Positions 1 through 9,411 of a DNA stretch of 64,000 nt are shown in pieces. A program made the translations under genes and the position numbers. Positions within the stretch are counted from its first letter, which is position 1. Every line of letters starts with the position of its first letter. Under the pieces are notes generated by a model. That model was not told the origin of the DNA. It searched no databases and worked only from the letters and a program-made list of their open reading frames with translations. The DNA comes from Brevinemataceae bacterium. Its GTDB lineage: Bacteria; Spirochaetota; Brevinematia; Brevinematales; Brevinemataceae. The stretch is taken from NCBI GenBank assembly GCA_051647535.1, contig JBOFEA010000015.1, positions 11,058-75,057 on the forward strand, read 5' to 3'.

Positions 1-241
1 CCCCTTCAGAATTTTTATCAAACAATCGATCATAGATTTGAACTAATACACGAGCTGTTGAATTATCATTTGAATGATAAGGAAAAAGTGTAATAGGTTC
101 TGCAGGAACTGCAACTCTTAGTTTATTTTGAAGATCCTTACTAGGAGATCCACATGAAGTCACAAAAATCATCGCCAGTAGTAGCATACTTAATATTCTT
201 TGTTGGCGTTGACACGATAAAAATAATAAAATATTTTTCAT
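1..241 (-). CDS. ABC transporter substrate-binding lipoprotein, family 5 (peptide/nickel, OppA-like), N-terminal fragment running off the window
   Basis: Own minus-strand translation from ATG at 241: MKNILLFLSCQRQQRILSMLLLAMIFVTSCGSPSKDLQNKLRVAVPAEPITLFPYHSNDNSTARVLVQIYDRLFDKNSEG. Lipobox VTSC. The VAVP..P.TL.P....D..S..V...IYD.L pattern is typical of SBP_bac_5 N-termini. Absent from the ORF track because it is truncated. Confidence 0.55.
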   Translation of the reverse strand, partial: MKNILLFLSCQRQQRILSMLLLAMIFVTSCGSPSKDLQNKLRVAVPAEPITLFPYHSNDNSTARVLVQIYDRLFDKNSEG

Positions 242-293
242 AAATGCCTCTACTATAATTTTTATGATGAATTTTAAACTAATTTACTAAAAC

Positions 294-1037
294 TTACCAA
301 TTATCTAACACATCATTTTCATATTGTGTTGAAGCATCATTCATACTTGCAGTCACATAATCCAAATATAAATAATACGGATCATTAACTACAATATCTT
401 CCGCTTCAAAATTAATATGAAATCCATAAAACTCTAAACCGCGTTTATTAGCTTTTGCATCAAATTGTACTATAGGAGGTGTCATAGGAATAACAACATT
501 TTTCCATCCTTGCCAGTTCATTTGACCTGCAGGAACACGCATTCTATTACCAGTAATATCTCTTATTTTTGCAAATAATGTATGTCTTCTATTACGTCCA
601 ACAACCCAAACAGAAATATTTTTAACAACTTTATCCAAAATAGTTGGAAAAGGTCTGTCAATACTCATCCAGCCAAAAATCCGACGAAAGAATATTGTTT
701 TTATACCTAACATAGTTTTATTAGTGTCAGATGCTATTTCCTTAGGAGCACCGTCTTTGTATAAAACTTTAGAAATACCAAAATCTAAAGGGATACTAGC
801 TATCCACCCTTGAGGTAATTCAAAATCTTCTAATAAAAATGTTTTAATCTCTTCTCCAGCAGTTGCACTAAAACCAATTTTTTCTTGATTAGGATCAGAA
901 GGAACTATAGGAAGAGCATTTGTTCCAGCAGGTGTTCCTGCAGATTGATTATTCTGTGTTTGTTGATCTTGCCCAAATGAAGGAATAAAAGAACATAACA
1001 ATAAGACTATAAGACCGAAATATTTTTGCTTTCTCAT
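294..1037 (-). CDS. flaA: Flagellar filament outer-layer (sheath) protein, FlaA family, short paralogue (FlaA2-like)
   Basis: Signal peptide MRKQKYFGLIVLLLCSFIPSFGQ. Core ISVWVVGRNRRHTLFAKIRDITGNRMRVPAGQMNWQGWKNVVIPM fits the FlaA pattern (V.W..G.N....L.....D..G......G.....GW....IP). Start moved from TTG 1061 to ATG 1037, which has AGGAG 8 nt upstream. Confidence 0.7.
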   Translation of the reverse strand: MRKQKYFGLIVLLLCSFIPSFGQDQQTQNNQSAGTPAGTNALPIVPSDPNQEKIGFSATAGEEIKTFLLEDFELPQGWIASIPLDFGISKVLYKDGAPKEIASDTNKTMLGIKTIFFRRIFGWMSIDRPFPTILDKVVKNISVWVVGRNRRHTLFAKIRDITGNRMRVPAGQMNWQGWKNVVIPMTPPIVQFDAKANKRGLEFYGFHINFEAEDIVVNDPYYLYLDYVTASMNDASTQYENDVLDNW

Positions 1038-1054
1038 TTTATTAACTCCTAACT

Positions 1055-1960
1055 TTACCAAACGTCATCAGCAAGATTTTTTCCATTAAATACATCTGTC
1101 GAGATATAAGTGGCATGCTGCAACAAATCAAAGTATGCATAAAATTGGTCGACTTTTTCACTTGGAAAACTCCACAACTTCAGCATCTCAAACGTTAATA
1201 CTTGGCTTGCAGGGAGACGTGTTCTACTTTGAATAACGCTATCGGGAATACCGATTCTTTTTTGTCTCCAACCGCTATACAATAAATTACCTAATGGAAA
1301 TCTATATTGATAATTCAAATAATCTCTGACATAAGCTTCAATCCACCATCCATATTGTCCACCCCAAGCCCAAAGAGATACTTCTAACGCTTGTCCTCGG
1401 AAAGGAATCAGAAACGGATGGCTTTCATCTGTTAAACTAGGAGCTGCAGATTCATTAGTTGAATTTGGAGCGTTAGTTACCATTAATTGACCATTATCAG
1501 CAGAAGAAGTAGCAATTTTTTGAGCTTGTGCAACTTCTTGAGCTGTACCTAATCTATTTGGACGAAGTTCTATCCAATTATAACCTTGAAGAGTATATTG
1601 AGCTTTAACGCCTAACACATATTTTTGATTTACAGCTACAACATCTGTTATTCCATCAGGTTTAGCCTCAGCATAACGAACAGCACTAAAGTTAGTATCA
1701 GGATTTTTTCCACGAGCAACTACTTGACTTGACGATCCATTATTTTGATTACTATCAGCACCTTCATCTTTTACCTGAAGCACATATTCTGAGAAAGTTG
1801 GTTTCCAAACAAGAGATTGTGCAGCATCATATTCATCTCCAAAATCGGATAATATGAAACTTTGGATCACAAACGATTTACTAGTATTACCATGAACCAT
1901 TGTTGAGATTACTGCTACAAAAACACTCAACATTATGTATTGAAGATTCACCCTTTTCAT
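1055..1960 (-). CDS. flaA: Flagellar filament outer-layer (sheath) protein, FlaA family, long paralogue (FlaA1-like)
   Basis: Signal peptide. LEVSLWAWGGQYGWWIEAYVRDYLNYQYRFPLGNLLYSGWRQKRIGIP matches the conserved FlaA core. AAGGAG lies upstream of the ATG. It sits directly upstream of the shorter paralogue. Confidence 0.7.
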   Translation of the reverse strand: MKRVNLQYIMLSVFVAVISTMVHGNTSKSFVIQSFILSDFGDEYDAAQSLVWKPTFSEYVLQVKDEGADSNQNNGSSSQVVARGKNPDTNFSAVRYAEAKPDGITDVVAVNQKYVLGVKAQYTLQGYNWIELRPNRLGTAQEVAQAQKIATSSADNGQLMVTNAPNSTNESAAPSLTDESHPFLIPFRGQALEVSLWAWGGQYGWWIEAYVRDYLNYQYRFPLGNLLYSGWRQKRIGIPDSVIQSRTRLPASQVLTFEMLKLWSFPSEKVDQFYAYFDLLQHATYISTDVFNGKNLADDVW

Positions 1961-2162
1961 TTTCAGAAACTCCTTACATTACAACAAACAATATAAATTT
2001 ACGAATCTATTCTAATTAAAAACAAGTATAACTCAAATTGATTATACCTTTATTAACTGTCTTCCGTAACGATTACTTGTTTATCTTATTATTAATATTT
2101 TTTACTTAATCTATTGAATTATTTATTTATCGGTTTTTTTCTTTCTTTCTTGAATAAGATTT

Positions 2163-2918
2163 TTATAGAACTTCGATCAACCAATTTCTATGATTTCCAC
2201 CCCAATAACGACCGGTAACTTCTATAATATTACCTTGACGATCCTTAACATAATACTGAATATAAATATTATAAAAACCCGGTGCAAACGGACGAGAATC
2301 CACACGTTTTGCTGACCAGTACTTGGTAAACTGTGCTTGATTATTTATTACATCCATATTTTTAATAAACCCTAACAAGGTATTTTTGTTCCTTACTAAA
2401 GGTGTTTCAATTGGAATAGCGTATATGTAAATATCAATTGAAACTGCTCCGGGTTTGGTGAATACGGCAGCAGTTATTTTCTGTACTTTATTAGTAGATA
2501 CAGAGATATTTGAACGATCTGTTCCTACTTTAATATAAACTTTTTGTTGAATTACTCTCAATCCGGATACAAACGTTGAAGATTTTTTTGTATAAGACCT
2601 TTTTTTAGGTGGAATTTTTTTAGGAGAGGGTTTTGTATATTGATCTTGATTAATACTAAGAGGAACTTGTGATGTTATATCTGGAGTTGACGACAATTGC
2701 ATTTCCGAATTTTCAGGTACGGATAATGTGTCAAATACGTTGATAGAGTTAGTGACTTCATAAACTTCTGCCACATAACTTACGAAATCAGAAGATGATT
2801 CATTTTGAACAGCATCAGAATTAGAATTATTGTTATTATTGCCATTACCGCAAGAAAAAAATAACAATACACTGAATAGTAGAGGAAGACGCTTTATCAC
2901 CATACGAGTTTTCTCCAA
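2163..2918 (-). CDS. Hypothetical lipoprotein; C-terminal beta-sandwich resembling an FlgD-Ig-like fold
   Basis: Lipobox LLFFSCGNG followed by a low-complexity N/S linker. C-terminus FTKYWSAKRVDSRPFAPGFYNIYIQYYVKDRQGNIIEVTG resembles the W.G.d..G...pG.Y.....a.D..Gn motif of FlgD_ig-type domains. This is a weak assignment made from memory. Confidence 0.35.
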   Translation of the reverse strand: MEKTRMVIKRLPLLFSVLLFFSCGNGNNNNNSNSDAVQNESSSDFVSYVAEVYEVTNSINVFDTLSVPENSEMQLSSTPDITSQVPLSINQDQYTKPSPKKIPPKKRSYTKKSSTFVSGLRVIQQKVYIKVGTDRSNISVSTNKVQKITAAVFTKPGAVSIDIYIYAIPIETPLVRNKNTLLGFIKNMDVINNQAQFTKYWSAKRVDSRPFAPGFYNIYIQYYVKDRQGNIIEVTGRYWGGNHRNWLIEVL

Positions 2919-3219
2919 AATATATATTATACAAAATACTGTAATATAAATATATCTGCAAAATTAACTGTAAACTTAACAGTTTCGATATAATAAATTA
3001 TGATAATACTAAAACACATTTAGGTCAAGTTTTATACTAAGTTTTTTTTAATAATAATTTATATTATTCGATTAAACGCAATAAAAACCTAAATTCAATA
3101 AAATATCCTATACTGAATTGCTTTACTTTTTATCAAAATATGCTAAAATAAAGTACTTTGTTAATCAGTACCGCTGATTAATATTAAACACAAATCCAAA
3201 TAATAACAAGGAGTTGTTT

Positions 3220-3492
3220 ATGACACCGTTACTAAAGTCGATACTGCCTATACTCATTATGTTGAAAAGTGGATTTATGGAAACAAAAGAAGATAATTCA
3301 AAAGAATTTTCCAAAAATGAATACGTGACAATCAATTCGGATTATATATTCTGTATAATTGATGATAACGAGACAGATGAATATGTTCTTTTGTATCATT
3401 TTGAAAACGATACAAACACTGTACAGATCAAAACAAACAACACAAAAATTAATACAAATTTGAAAAAAAATAAACGTTATCTTAAGGACTAA
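3220..3492 (+). CDS. Small hypothetical membrane-anchored/secreted protein, paralogue A
   Basis: AAGGAG at 3208-3213 lies 6 nt before ATG 3220 (the track's TTG 3214 is less likely). The N-terminus LLKSILPILIMLKSG parallels the next ORF. Confidence 0.5.
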   Translation: MTPLLKSILPILIMLKSGFMETKEDNSKEFSKNEYVTINSDYIFCIIDDNETDEYVLLYHFENDTNTVQIKTNNTKINTNLKKNKRYLKD

Positions 3493-3495
3493 TTT

Positions 3496-3738
3496 ATGAA
3501 AAAATTTCTACAAATAATACTGCCTGTATTTATTATTTTAAAAGCAGGAACCATACAAAAATCCGGAAGAATGTCAACAGAACCAATCGTAAATCCAATA
3601 CTTATAAATTCGGATAATATCAAAAACATAATATTTTACAGAACATCAAAAACATCTTTGATTATATGTAATGATTATAATTTTGAAGTGACAGACCCAA
3701 GCAGCGAACAATTAATACAAATTTTAAACGCCAAATAA
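3496..3738 (+). CDS. Small hypothetical membrane-anchored/secreted protein, paralogue B
   Basis: N-terminus FLQIILPVFIILKAG and the INSD motif align with the preceding ORF (ILPILIMLKSG ... INSDYI versus INSDNI). Only a 3-nt gap separates the two. Confidence 0.5.
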   Translation: MKKFLQIILPVFIILKAGTIQKSGRMSTEPIVNPILINSDNIKNIIFYRTSKTSLIICNDYNFEVTDPSSEQLIQILNAK

Positions 3739-3774
3739 ACCGGAAACAATACAATAAAGCACTGGTAGTAAGTA

Positions 3775-4362
3775 ATGAAGATAACAATTGCAACACAAAA
3801 CAAAAAGAAAATTCAAGAAATTTCAGCTATTCTGCGTGAAGCGGAATTAATTATACCATCTCAACAGTATGAAATAGAAGAAAAAACAAATTCATATATT
3901 GAAAATGCCTTTATCAAAGCGGAATTTTGGCATATTCTCTACCCTGGAAATTGGGTATTATCAGACGATTCGGGGATAGAAATTTCTGTATTGAACGACC
4001 GGCCGGGAGTAATTTCTGCAGATTGGGCGGGAAAAAATTCCACACAGCAGAATTTGATAAAAAAAGTTCTGGAAGAATTAAAAGACATCCCTTTTGAATT
4101 ACGTACAGCACGTTATGTATGTTATATGATGCTGATGTCGCCTGAAAAAAATATTTTTGTATCCCGAGGCGAATGCCTAGGACGAATTGCATTAACGGTA
4201 TCAGGCACAGAAGGTTTCGGATACGACCCTGTTTTTCTTCCAATGGAATATGACTACAGGTACTCTATGAGTGAACTAAGTCCGGAACAAAAAAATAACA
4301 TTTCACATAGATACAAAGCATTAGTAGGTATTAAAGATTATTTGAAATATATAGAGGCATAA
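3775..4362 (+). CDS. rdgB: Non-canonical purine NTP pyrophosphatase (RdgB/HAM1 family)
   Basis: MKITIATQNKKKIQEI start, SDDSGIEI..L...PGV.SA, and the GFGYDPVF motif. Confidence 0.85.
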   Translation: MKITIATQNKKKIQEISAILREAELIIPSQQYEIEEKTNSYIENAFIKAEFWHILYPGNWVLSDDSGIEISVLNDRPGVISADWAGKNSTQQNLIKKVLEELKDIPFELRTARYVCYMMLMSPEKNIFVSRGECLGRIALTVSGTEGFGYDPVFLPMEYDYRYSMSELSPEQKNNISHRYKALVGIKDYLKYIEA

Positions 4363-4370
4363 TTATTATT

Positions 4371-5126
4371 ATGAACAAGATTAACATTAAAATTGCACAA
4401 GTATTTGCAGATGAATATACTGCAGATGCGTCGTTATATTCTGAAGAGAAAGCACCGATTAACAATACTGTCAAACAATCAGAAACTCCCCCAAAAAATC
4501 CTGTACCTGTGGCTAAATCAGCAGATACAACCCAAACAGCCGTTCCGCCGGAAGATCCGAGATTATTGGAAATATACCATAAATGCTTAGAGTGCCGAGC
4601 ATGTGATTTATGCAGTTCGGCATTAAATTTGGTATTTGGAGACGGAAACGCGGATTCCAACTTAATGATAATCGGAGAAGCACCTGGAGCAGATGAAGAT
4701 GCTCAAGGCAAACCTTTTGTTGGAAAAGCGGGACAGTTATTGATCAAAACTTTAAAAAAATACGGCTTGGAACGTGATGAAATTTATATTGCCAACATTC
4801 TAAAACACCGGCCTCCCAACAACCGCAATCCGCTTCCCCAAGAAATTAATGCTTGCACGCCTTTTCTCAAAGAGCAAATTGCAATTATCAAACCAAAACT
4901 AATCTTAACGTTAGGAAATTTTGCTTCCCAGTTTATATTAGATACGAAAATGGGAATCACCAAAATCCGCGGTTCTATTCAAGAATCTTCGTTTGGTATG
5001 GTTATGCCTACCCTTCATCCTTCTGCGATTATTAGAGGTGCATTTCCTGTGGAGTGGTTTGAAACGGATATTGCCAAAGCTCTTCAATTTGCCGGATACG
5101 ATATTGATACGGAAGGCGGCAACTGA
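4371..5126 (+). CDS. Uracil-DNA glycosylase, family 4, with a roughly 70-aa low-complexity N-terminal extension
   Basis: CLECRACDLC (Fe-S cysteines), LVFGDGNADSNLMIIGEAPGADEDAQGKPFVGKAGQLL, and HPS near the C-terminus. Confidence 0.85.
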   Translation: MNKINIKIAQVFADEYTADASLYSEEKAPINNTVKQSETPPKNPVPVAKSADTTQTAVPPEDPRLLEIYHKCLECRACDLCSSALNLVFGDGNADSNLMIIGEAPGADEDAQGKPFVGKAGQLLIKTLKKYGLERDEIYIANILKHRPPNNRNPLPQEINACTPFLKEQIAIIKPKLILTLGNFASQFILDTKMGITKIRGSIQESSFGMVMPTLHPSAIIRGAFPVEWFETDIAKALQFAGYDIDTEGGN

Positions 5127-7132
5127 TGTCCGAACCTTGGCTTCTTGCCGAAGTTGCACTCAATGTTCCTCTGCATAGTACGTTTTACTATATTATTCCT
5201 AAACATCTTCAAGATAAAAATATCGATTTAAAAAGAGTTCGAATTCATTTCGGACGAAGAGAAGAAATTGGATTAGTACTAAGAACAGTTGAAGAAAGTA
5301 ATGTTGAAATTGATTTGAAATCGCTTCCGTCTGTCAAAGAAATTGAAGAAATCATGGATAACACCCCTATATTTACAAAAGAATTATTAGAATTAGGAAG
5401 TAAAGTATCGGATTATTACCATACACCTATCGGTGAAGTACTTTTTACAATGCTACCGCCTTTTAAAGAACCCAAAGCACTGATCCACCCCGAGATAAAA
5501 AAATCACCTTTATCACCTACAGAAGAACAACAGCAAGCGTTCGATACGATAAAACCTTTCATTGGTAAAAATACGGCATTTCTCCTCCAAGGAGTCACCG
5601 GAAGCGGAAAAACAGAAGTATATAAACTTCTTGCCCGAGAATGTCTTAACCAAGGTAAAGGAGTGATTATACTTGTACCGGAGATTGCGCTGACAGCACA
5701 GACATTAAGAAGATTCACGGAAGAATTCAGTGGAAACACAGCATTATTCCATAGCAAGCTGTCGCCGGCCGAGCGTGCGGGAGAATGGGAGAGAGTTCTT
5801 ACAGGAAAGGCAAAATTAGTCATAGGACCAAGAAGTGCTGTTTTTGCACCGATTAACAATTTGGGATTAATCATCTTGGATGAAGAACACGATCCTTCTT
5901 ATAAAGCAATGGATTCACCGCGTTACCATGCGAGAGGAACCGCATTTATGAGATCCAAATCAGAACAGGCACTACTTGTGCTTGGATCAGCAACTCCATC
6001 TATCGAAACCCGATATGCCGCTTCGACCGGAAGAATACACCATGTAATCCTGAATAACAGATTTAACAATACCGAACTACCTGCAACAGAAATTATTGAT
6101 TTAAAAAAAGAAAAATCGGGCAATTATTTTCTTTCCGAAATATTATTCAAAAAAATATTAACGACATTGGATAATAAAAAACAGTGCTTGATTTTTTTAA
6201 ATCGGCGGGGATATTCTCCGAGTTTGATTTGCCGAGACTGTGGATTTCTTTTTAAATGCCCAAACTGCGATATAGGAATGACTTGGTATAAAAACGATTC
6301 GCGTATTAAATGCCGATACTGTGAATTTGACCATACCGCACCTTCAGACTGTCCGGAATGTGGAGGATTTAATATTAAAGACGCAGGATTCGGAACAGAA
6401 AAATTAGAAGAATCCCTGCAAGAGCTCCTACCTGAAAAAAAAATTTTGAGGCTTGATTTGGATACTGCAAGAAAAAAGAATAACACAGAAAAAATTCTTC
6501 AAGCCATGCGAAATCATGAAGCTGATATTCTGATCGGCACCCAAATGATTGCCAAAGGACATGATATTGCAGATATCGAACTGGTAGGAGCACTTTTTCC
6601 TGAAATCATGCTTTCTTTACCTGATTTTCGTTCTTCCGAAAGAACCTTCTCTCTTCTCTCGCAGGCAATAGGACGAGCCGGTCGACGTGATGCTCAAGGA
6701 AGTGCTGTTATTCAAACATACCTTTCCGAACACTTCGCTGTACAGCTGGCAGCAGAACAAAATTTTGAAGCATTCTACCTCAAAGAACTTGAAATACGAA
6801 AACAATTCCACTACCCTCCTTTTACACGAATCGGAAGAATCGTTTTTAAAAGCTCCAACTATGAAATTTTAAACAACCTAATCTTCATTCTCAAAAAAAA
6901 GATTAACTCAAAACAAAATGAGTTCAAAGACCTATCCATAGAAATTTTAGGACCGGGTCCTTGTCCTATTGAACGCATAAACAATAATTACAGGTATCAT
7001 ATTATTGTGAAAGCTCCAACTCATCAATCCGTACTCAAAACCATCAAATTTTTCAGAACAATATTAAAAGCTCATCCTTCCCACGATAAGATAAAATCAG
7101 AAATAGATATTGATCCAGCTCAAATCCTCTGA
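5126..7132 (+). CDS. priA: Primosomal replication restart helicase PriA
   Basis: Walker A GVTGSGKTEVY, DEEH box, Cys-rich zinc region CRDCGFLFKCPNCD...CRYCEF...CPECGG. ATGA overlap with the udg stop. Confidence 0.9.
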   Translation: MSEPWLLAEVALNVPLHSTFYYIIPKHLQDKNIDLKRVRIHFGRREEIGLVLRTVEESNVEIDLKSLPSVKEIEEIMDNTPIFTKELLELGSKVSDYYHTPIGEVLFTMLPPFKEPKALIHPEIKKSPLSPTEEQQQAFDTIKPFIGKNTAFLLQGVTGSGKTEVYKLLARECLNQGKGVIILVPEIALTAQTLRRFTEEFSGNTALFHSKLSPAERAGEWERVLTGKAKLVIGPRSAVFAPINNLGLIILDEEHDPSYKAMDSPRYHARGTAFMRSKSEQALLVLGSATPSIETRYAASTGRIHHVILNNRFNNTELPATEIIDLKKEKSGNYFLSEILFKKILTTLDNKKQCLIFLNRRGYSPSLICRDCGFLFKCPNCDIGMTWYKNDSRIKCRYCEFDHTAPSDCPECGGFNIKDAGFGTEKLEESLQELLPEKKILRLDLDTARKKNNTEKILQAMRNHEADILIGTQMIAKGHDIADIELVGALFPEIMLSLPDFRSSERTFSLLSQAIGRAGRRDAQGSAVIQTYLSEHFAVQLAAEQNFEAFYLKELEIRKQFHYPPFTRIGRIVFKSSNYEILNNLIFILKKKINSKQNEFKDLSIEILGPGPCPIERINNNYRYHIIVKAPTHQSVLKTIKFFRTILKAHPSHDKIKSEIDIDPAQIL

Positions 7133-7164
7133 GAAATGATTTTTGAAAGAATCTTGATATTATC

Positions 7165-7194
7165 TTGACATTATACATCTATTCATAGTATAAT
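7165..7194 (+). promoter_or_regulatory. Sigma70-type promoter candidate for rlmN
   Basis: TTGACA (7165-7170), 18-nt spacer, TATAAT (7189-7194), about 43 nt upstream of the rlmN ATG. Confidence 0.5.
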
Positions 7195-7236
7195 TATTTA
7201 CTATCAATAATTATCAATCAAATAGGATTTGAATCT

Positions 7237-8307
7237 ATGCCCAACCTTAGCAAATTCCAACTATTGGAATTGGATTACCCTCGATTAATCGAGACTCTGC
7301 AAAATCATAATTTTCCAAAATATAAAATTCATAACATTTTGAATTGGATCTACAAAAGAAGTATCTTTAACTTTGAAGACATGAGTGATTTGTCCAAAAA
7401 AGAACGTTCTTTACTAACAGACCATTTCGAAATAATTACTTTGTCTCAAACAAAAATGAGTACATCTGAAGACGGAACCTTGAAATTTTTGTTTACTGCT
7501 CAAGACGGAGCAGAAATCGAAAGTGTCATGATTCCTAACGAAGATGACTCCCGATATACAATATGTGTTTCGTCTCAAGTCGGATGTGCATTGAAATGTT
7601 CTTTCTGCGCAACAGGACTACTCGGATTCAAAAGAAACCTAACCAAATCCGAAATCATTTCACAAATTCTTTTGGTAGATACTGTCGTTAAAGAACTTTA
7701 CACTTTAGACAAAGGTACACGAGCTATTGATAATATCGTATTTATGGGAATGGGAGAACCTTTTCTTAATTATGATAACGTTATAGGTGCCGTCAATGAA
7801 ATTACCCAACCTGAAACATTTGATATCGGAACTCGAAGAATTACTATATCAACTTCAGGAATTATTGAAGGTATTGAAAAATTAGCTTATGCAAAAGGAC
7901 AAGTACGTCTTGCTGTTTCTCTGCATGCCGCCAATCACGAAAAACGAAAAAATATTATGCCCATCGCCCGCACACAAAATACTATACAGATGCTCAAAGC
8001 ATTAAAAGTATATCAAGAAAAAACCAACCGCAGAATTACGTTCGAATATATTTTAATTGAAGGATTTAATAATCTGGAAGAAGATGTACTGGCATTAAAA
8101 CACGAATTACAAGGGCTTAAATACCATCTAAACCTTATTCCTCTAAATCCCGTAGACCAGCTTCCTTACGATGCACCGAGCAGTAATTGTATCAATGATT
8201 TTAAAAATAGACTTCAACGGCACTCCATACCTTTTGCACTTCGTACACCAAAAGGACGCGATATTGATGCCGCATGCGGGCAGCTTGCTTTAAAAAATAA
8301 ATCTTAA
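7237..8307 (+). CDS. rlmN: 23S rRNA/tRNA (adenine-C2)-methyltransferase RlmN (radical SAM)
   Basis: CALKCSFCATG radical-SAM cluster, GMGEPFLNYD, C-terminal DIDAACGQL. Confidence 0.9.
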   Translation: MPNLSKFQLLELDYPRLIETLQNHNFPKYKIHNILNWIYKRSIFNFEDMSDLSKKERSLLTDHFEIITLSQTKMSTSEDGTLKFLFTAQDGAEIESVMIPNEDDSRYTICVSSQVGCALKCSFCATGLLGFKRNLTKSEIISQILLVDTVVKELYTLDKGTRAIDNIVFMGMGEPFLNYDNVIGAVNEITQPETFDIGTRRITISTSGIIEGIEKLAYAKGQVRLAVSLHAANHEKRKNIMPIARTQNTIQMLKALKVYQEKTNRRITFEYILIEGFNNLEEDVLALKHELQGLKYHLNLIPLNPVDQLPYDAPSSNCINDFKNRLQRHSIPFALRTPKGRDIDAACGQLALKNKS

Positions 8308-8343
8308 TTTATAAAATATTCTTTGTCGCCTACTCACTCATCA

Positions 8344-8372
8344 TTGACTTTAAAATCAAAACCAAATATAAT
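8344..8372 (+). promoter_or_regulatory. Sigma70-type promoter candidate for trpS
   Basis: TTGACT (8344-8349), 17-nt spacer, TATAAT (8367-8372), about 50 nt upstream of ATG 8422. It lies inside the N-terminal extension of the ORF-track model, which argues for the internal start. Confidence 0.5.
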
Positions 8373-8421
8373 TAATAAATTTAACGTTATTTTTATAACA
8401 TTGTCAACAGGTCACCGCAAA

Positions 8422-9411
8422 ATGAAAAAAAGAGCATTATCAGGAATAAAACCTACAGGAAAACTTCATCTGGGAAATTACTTCGGAGCATTTCAAAATT
8501 TTCTCGAACTCCAAAACAACGACTCTATAGACAATTTTTATTTTATTGCCGATTACCATTCTCTTAACACCATACCCGATCCCCAAGAACTGCAATACTA
8601 TACATTCGAAATTTTTAAAGCATTTATCGCATTGGGATTGGATCCGGAAAAAAGTACTATCTTCATTCAAAGCAGTATTCCCGAACATACCGAATTATGC
8701 TGGCTCCTGTCCGGAGTCACTCCTGTCGGTTTGATGGAAAGAGCTCATGCTTACAAAGACTCATTAGCAAAAAATTCTGCTCCTAATATGGGGTTATTTA
8801 ATTACCCCCTTCTTCAAGCAGCAGATATTTTAATCTATGATTCGGATTTGGTTCCCGTAGGATCAGATCAAAAACAACATATCGAAATAACCAGAGACAT
8901 CGCAGAAAAATTTAATAGAGCATACGGTGAAGGTATTTTTACTATTCCTGAACCTCTTATTCAAGAAGAAACAGCTATTATACCGGGAACAGACGGCGAA
9001 AAAATGTCCAAATCCAAAAATAATATAATTTCTATCTTTGATTCCGAAAAAGAAATAAAAAAACAAGTAATGGGAATTATAACCGATTCTACTCCTTTAG
9101 AAGATCCTAAGGATTTCCGTTCTTGTCCTGTATATAATATTTACAAATTAATGGCTTCTCCCAACGAAATTCAACAGATGCAATTTAATTACTCCAAAGG
9201 CGGATATGGATACGGTCATGCCAAAACAGCATTATTCGAAAAAATTATCAGTTTTTTTGCTCAAGCTCGTAATAATATGAACGAATTAAATAATAATCCC
9301 GTATATGTACAAGAATTAATCAAATCATGCTCCAATAAAGCACGAATTCAAGCTCAGAAAAAAATCCAACAAGTAAGAAAATCCATGGGATTAGGAGTAT
9401 CTGATGATTAA
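8422..9411 (+). CDS. trpS: Tryptophan--tRNA ligase
   Basis: MKKRALSGIKPTGKLHLGNYFG (HIGH-type motif) and KMSKS. Start moved from 8323 to the in-frame ATG 8422, because the first 33 residues of the track ORF have no TrpRS counterpart. Confidence 0.9.
   Translation: MKKRALSGIKPTGKLHLGNYFGAFQNFLELQNNDSIDNFYFIADYHSLNTIPDPQELQYYTFEIFKAFIALGLDPEKSTIFIQSSIPEHTELCWLLSGVTPVGLMERAHAYKDSLAKNSAPNMGLFNYPLLQAADILIYDSDLVPVGSDQKQHIEITRDIAEKFNRAYGEGIFTIPEPLIQEETAIIPGTDGEKMSKSKNNIISIFDSEKEIKKQVMGIITDSTPLEDPKDFRSCPVYNIYKLMASPNEIQQMQFNYSKGGYGYGHAKTALFEKIISFFAQARNNMNELNNNPVYVQELIKSCSNKARIQAQKKIQQVRKSMGLGVSDD

Noticed and set aside
5416-5874. A 152-aa antisense ORF inside priA. Similar ones occur at 43626-44078 in uvrB, at 29223-29579 in flhA and at 3914-4243 in rdgB.
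   Set aside because: All lie opposite strongly conserved domains of confidently identified genes and lack translation signals, so they are shadow ORFs.
8323-8421. A 33-residue N-terminal extension of TrpS in the ORF track
   Set aside because: A TTGACT-17-TATAAT promoter lies inside it, and the canonical TrpRS N-terminus begins at Met34. The start was therefore moved to 8422.
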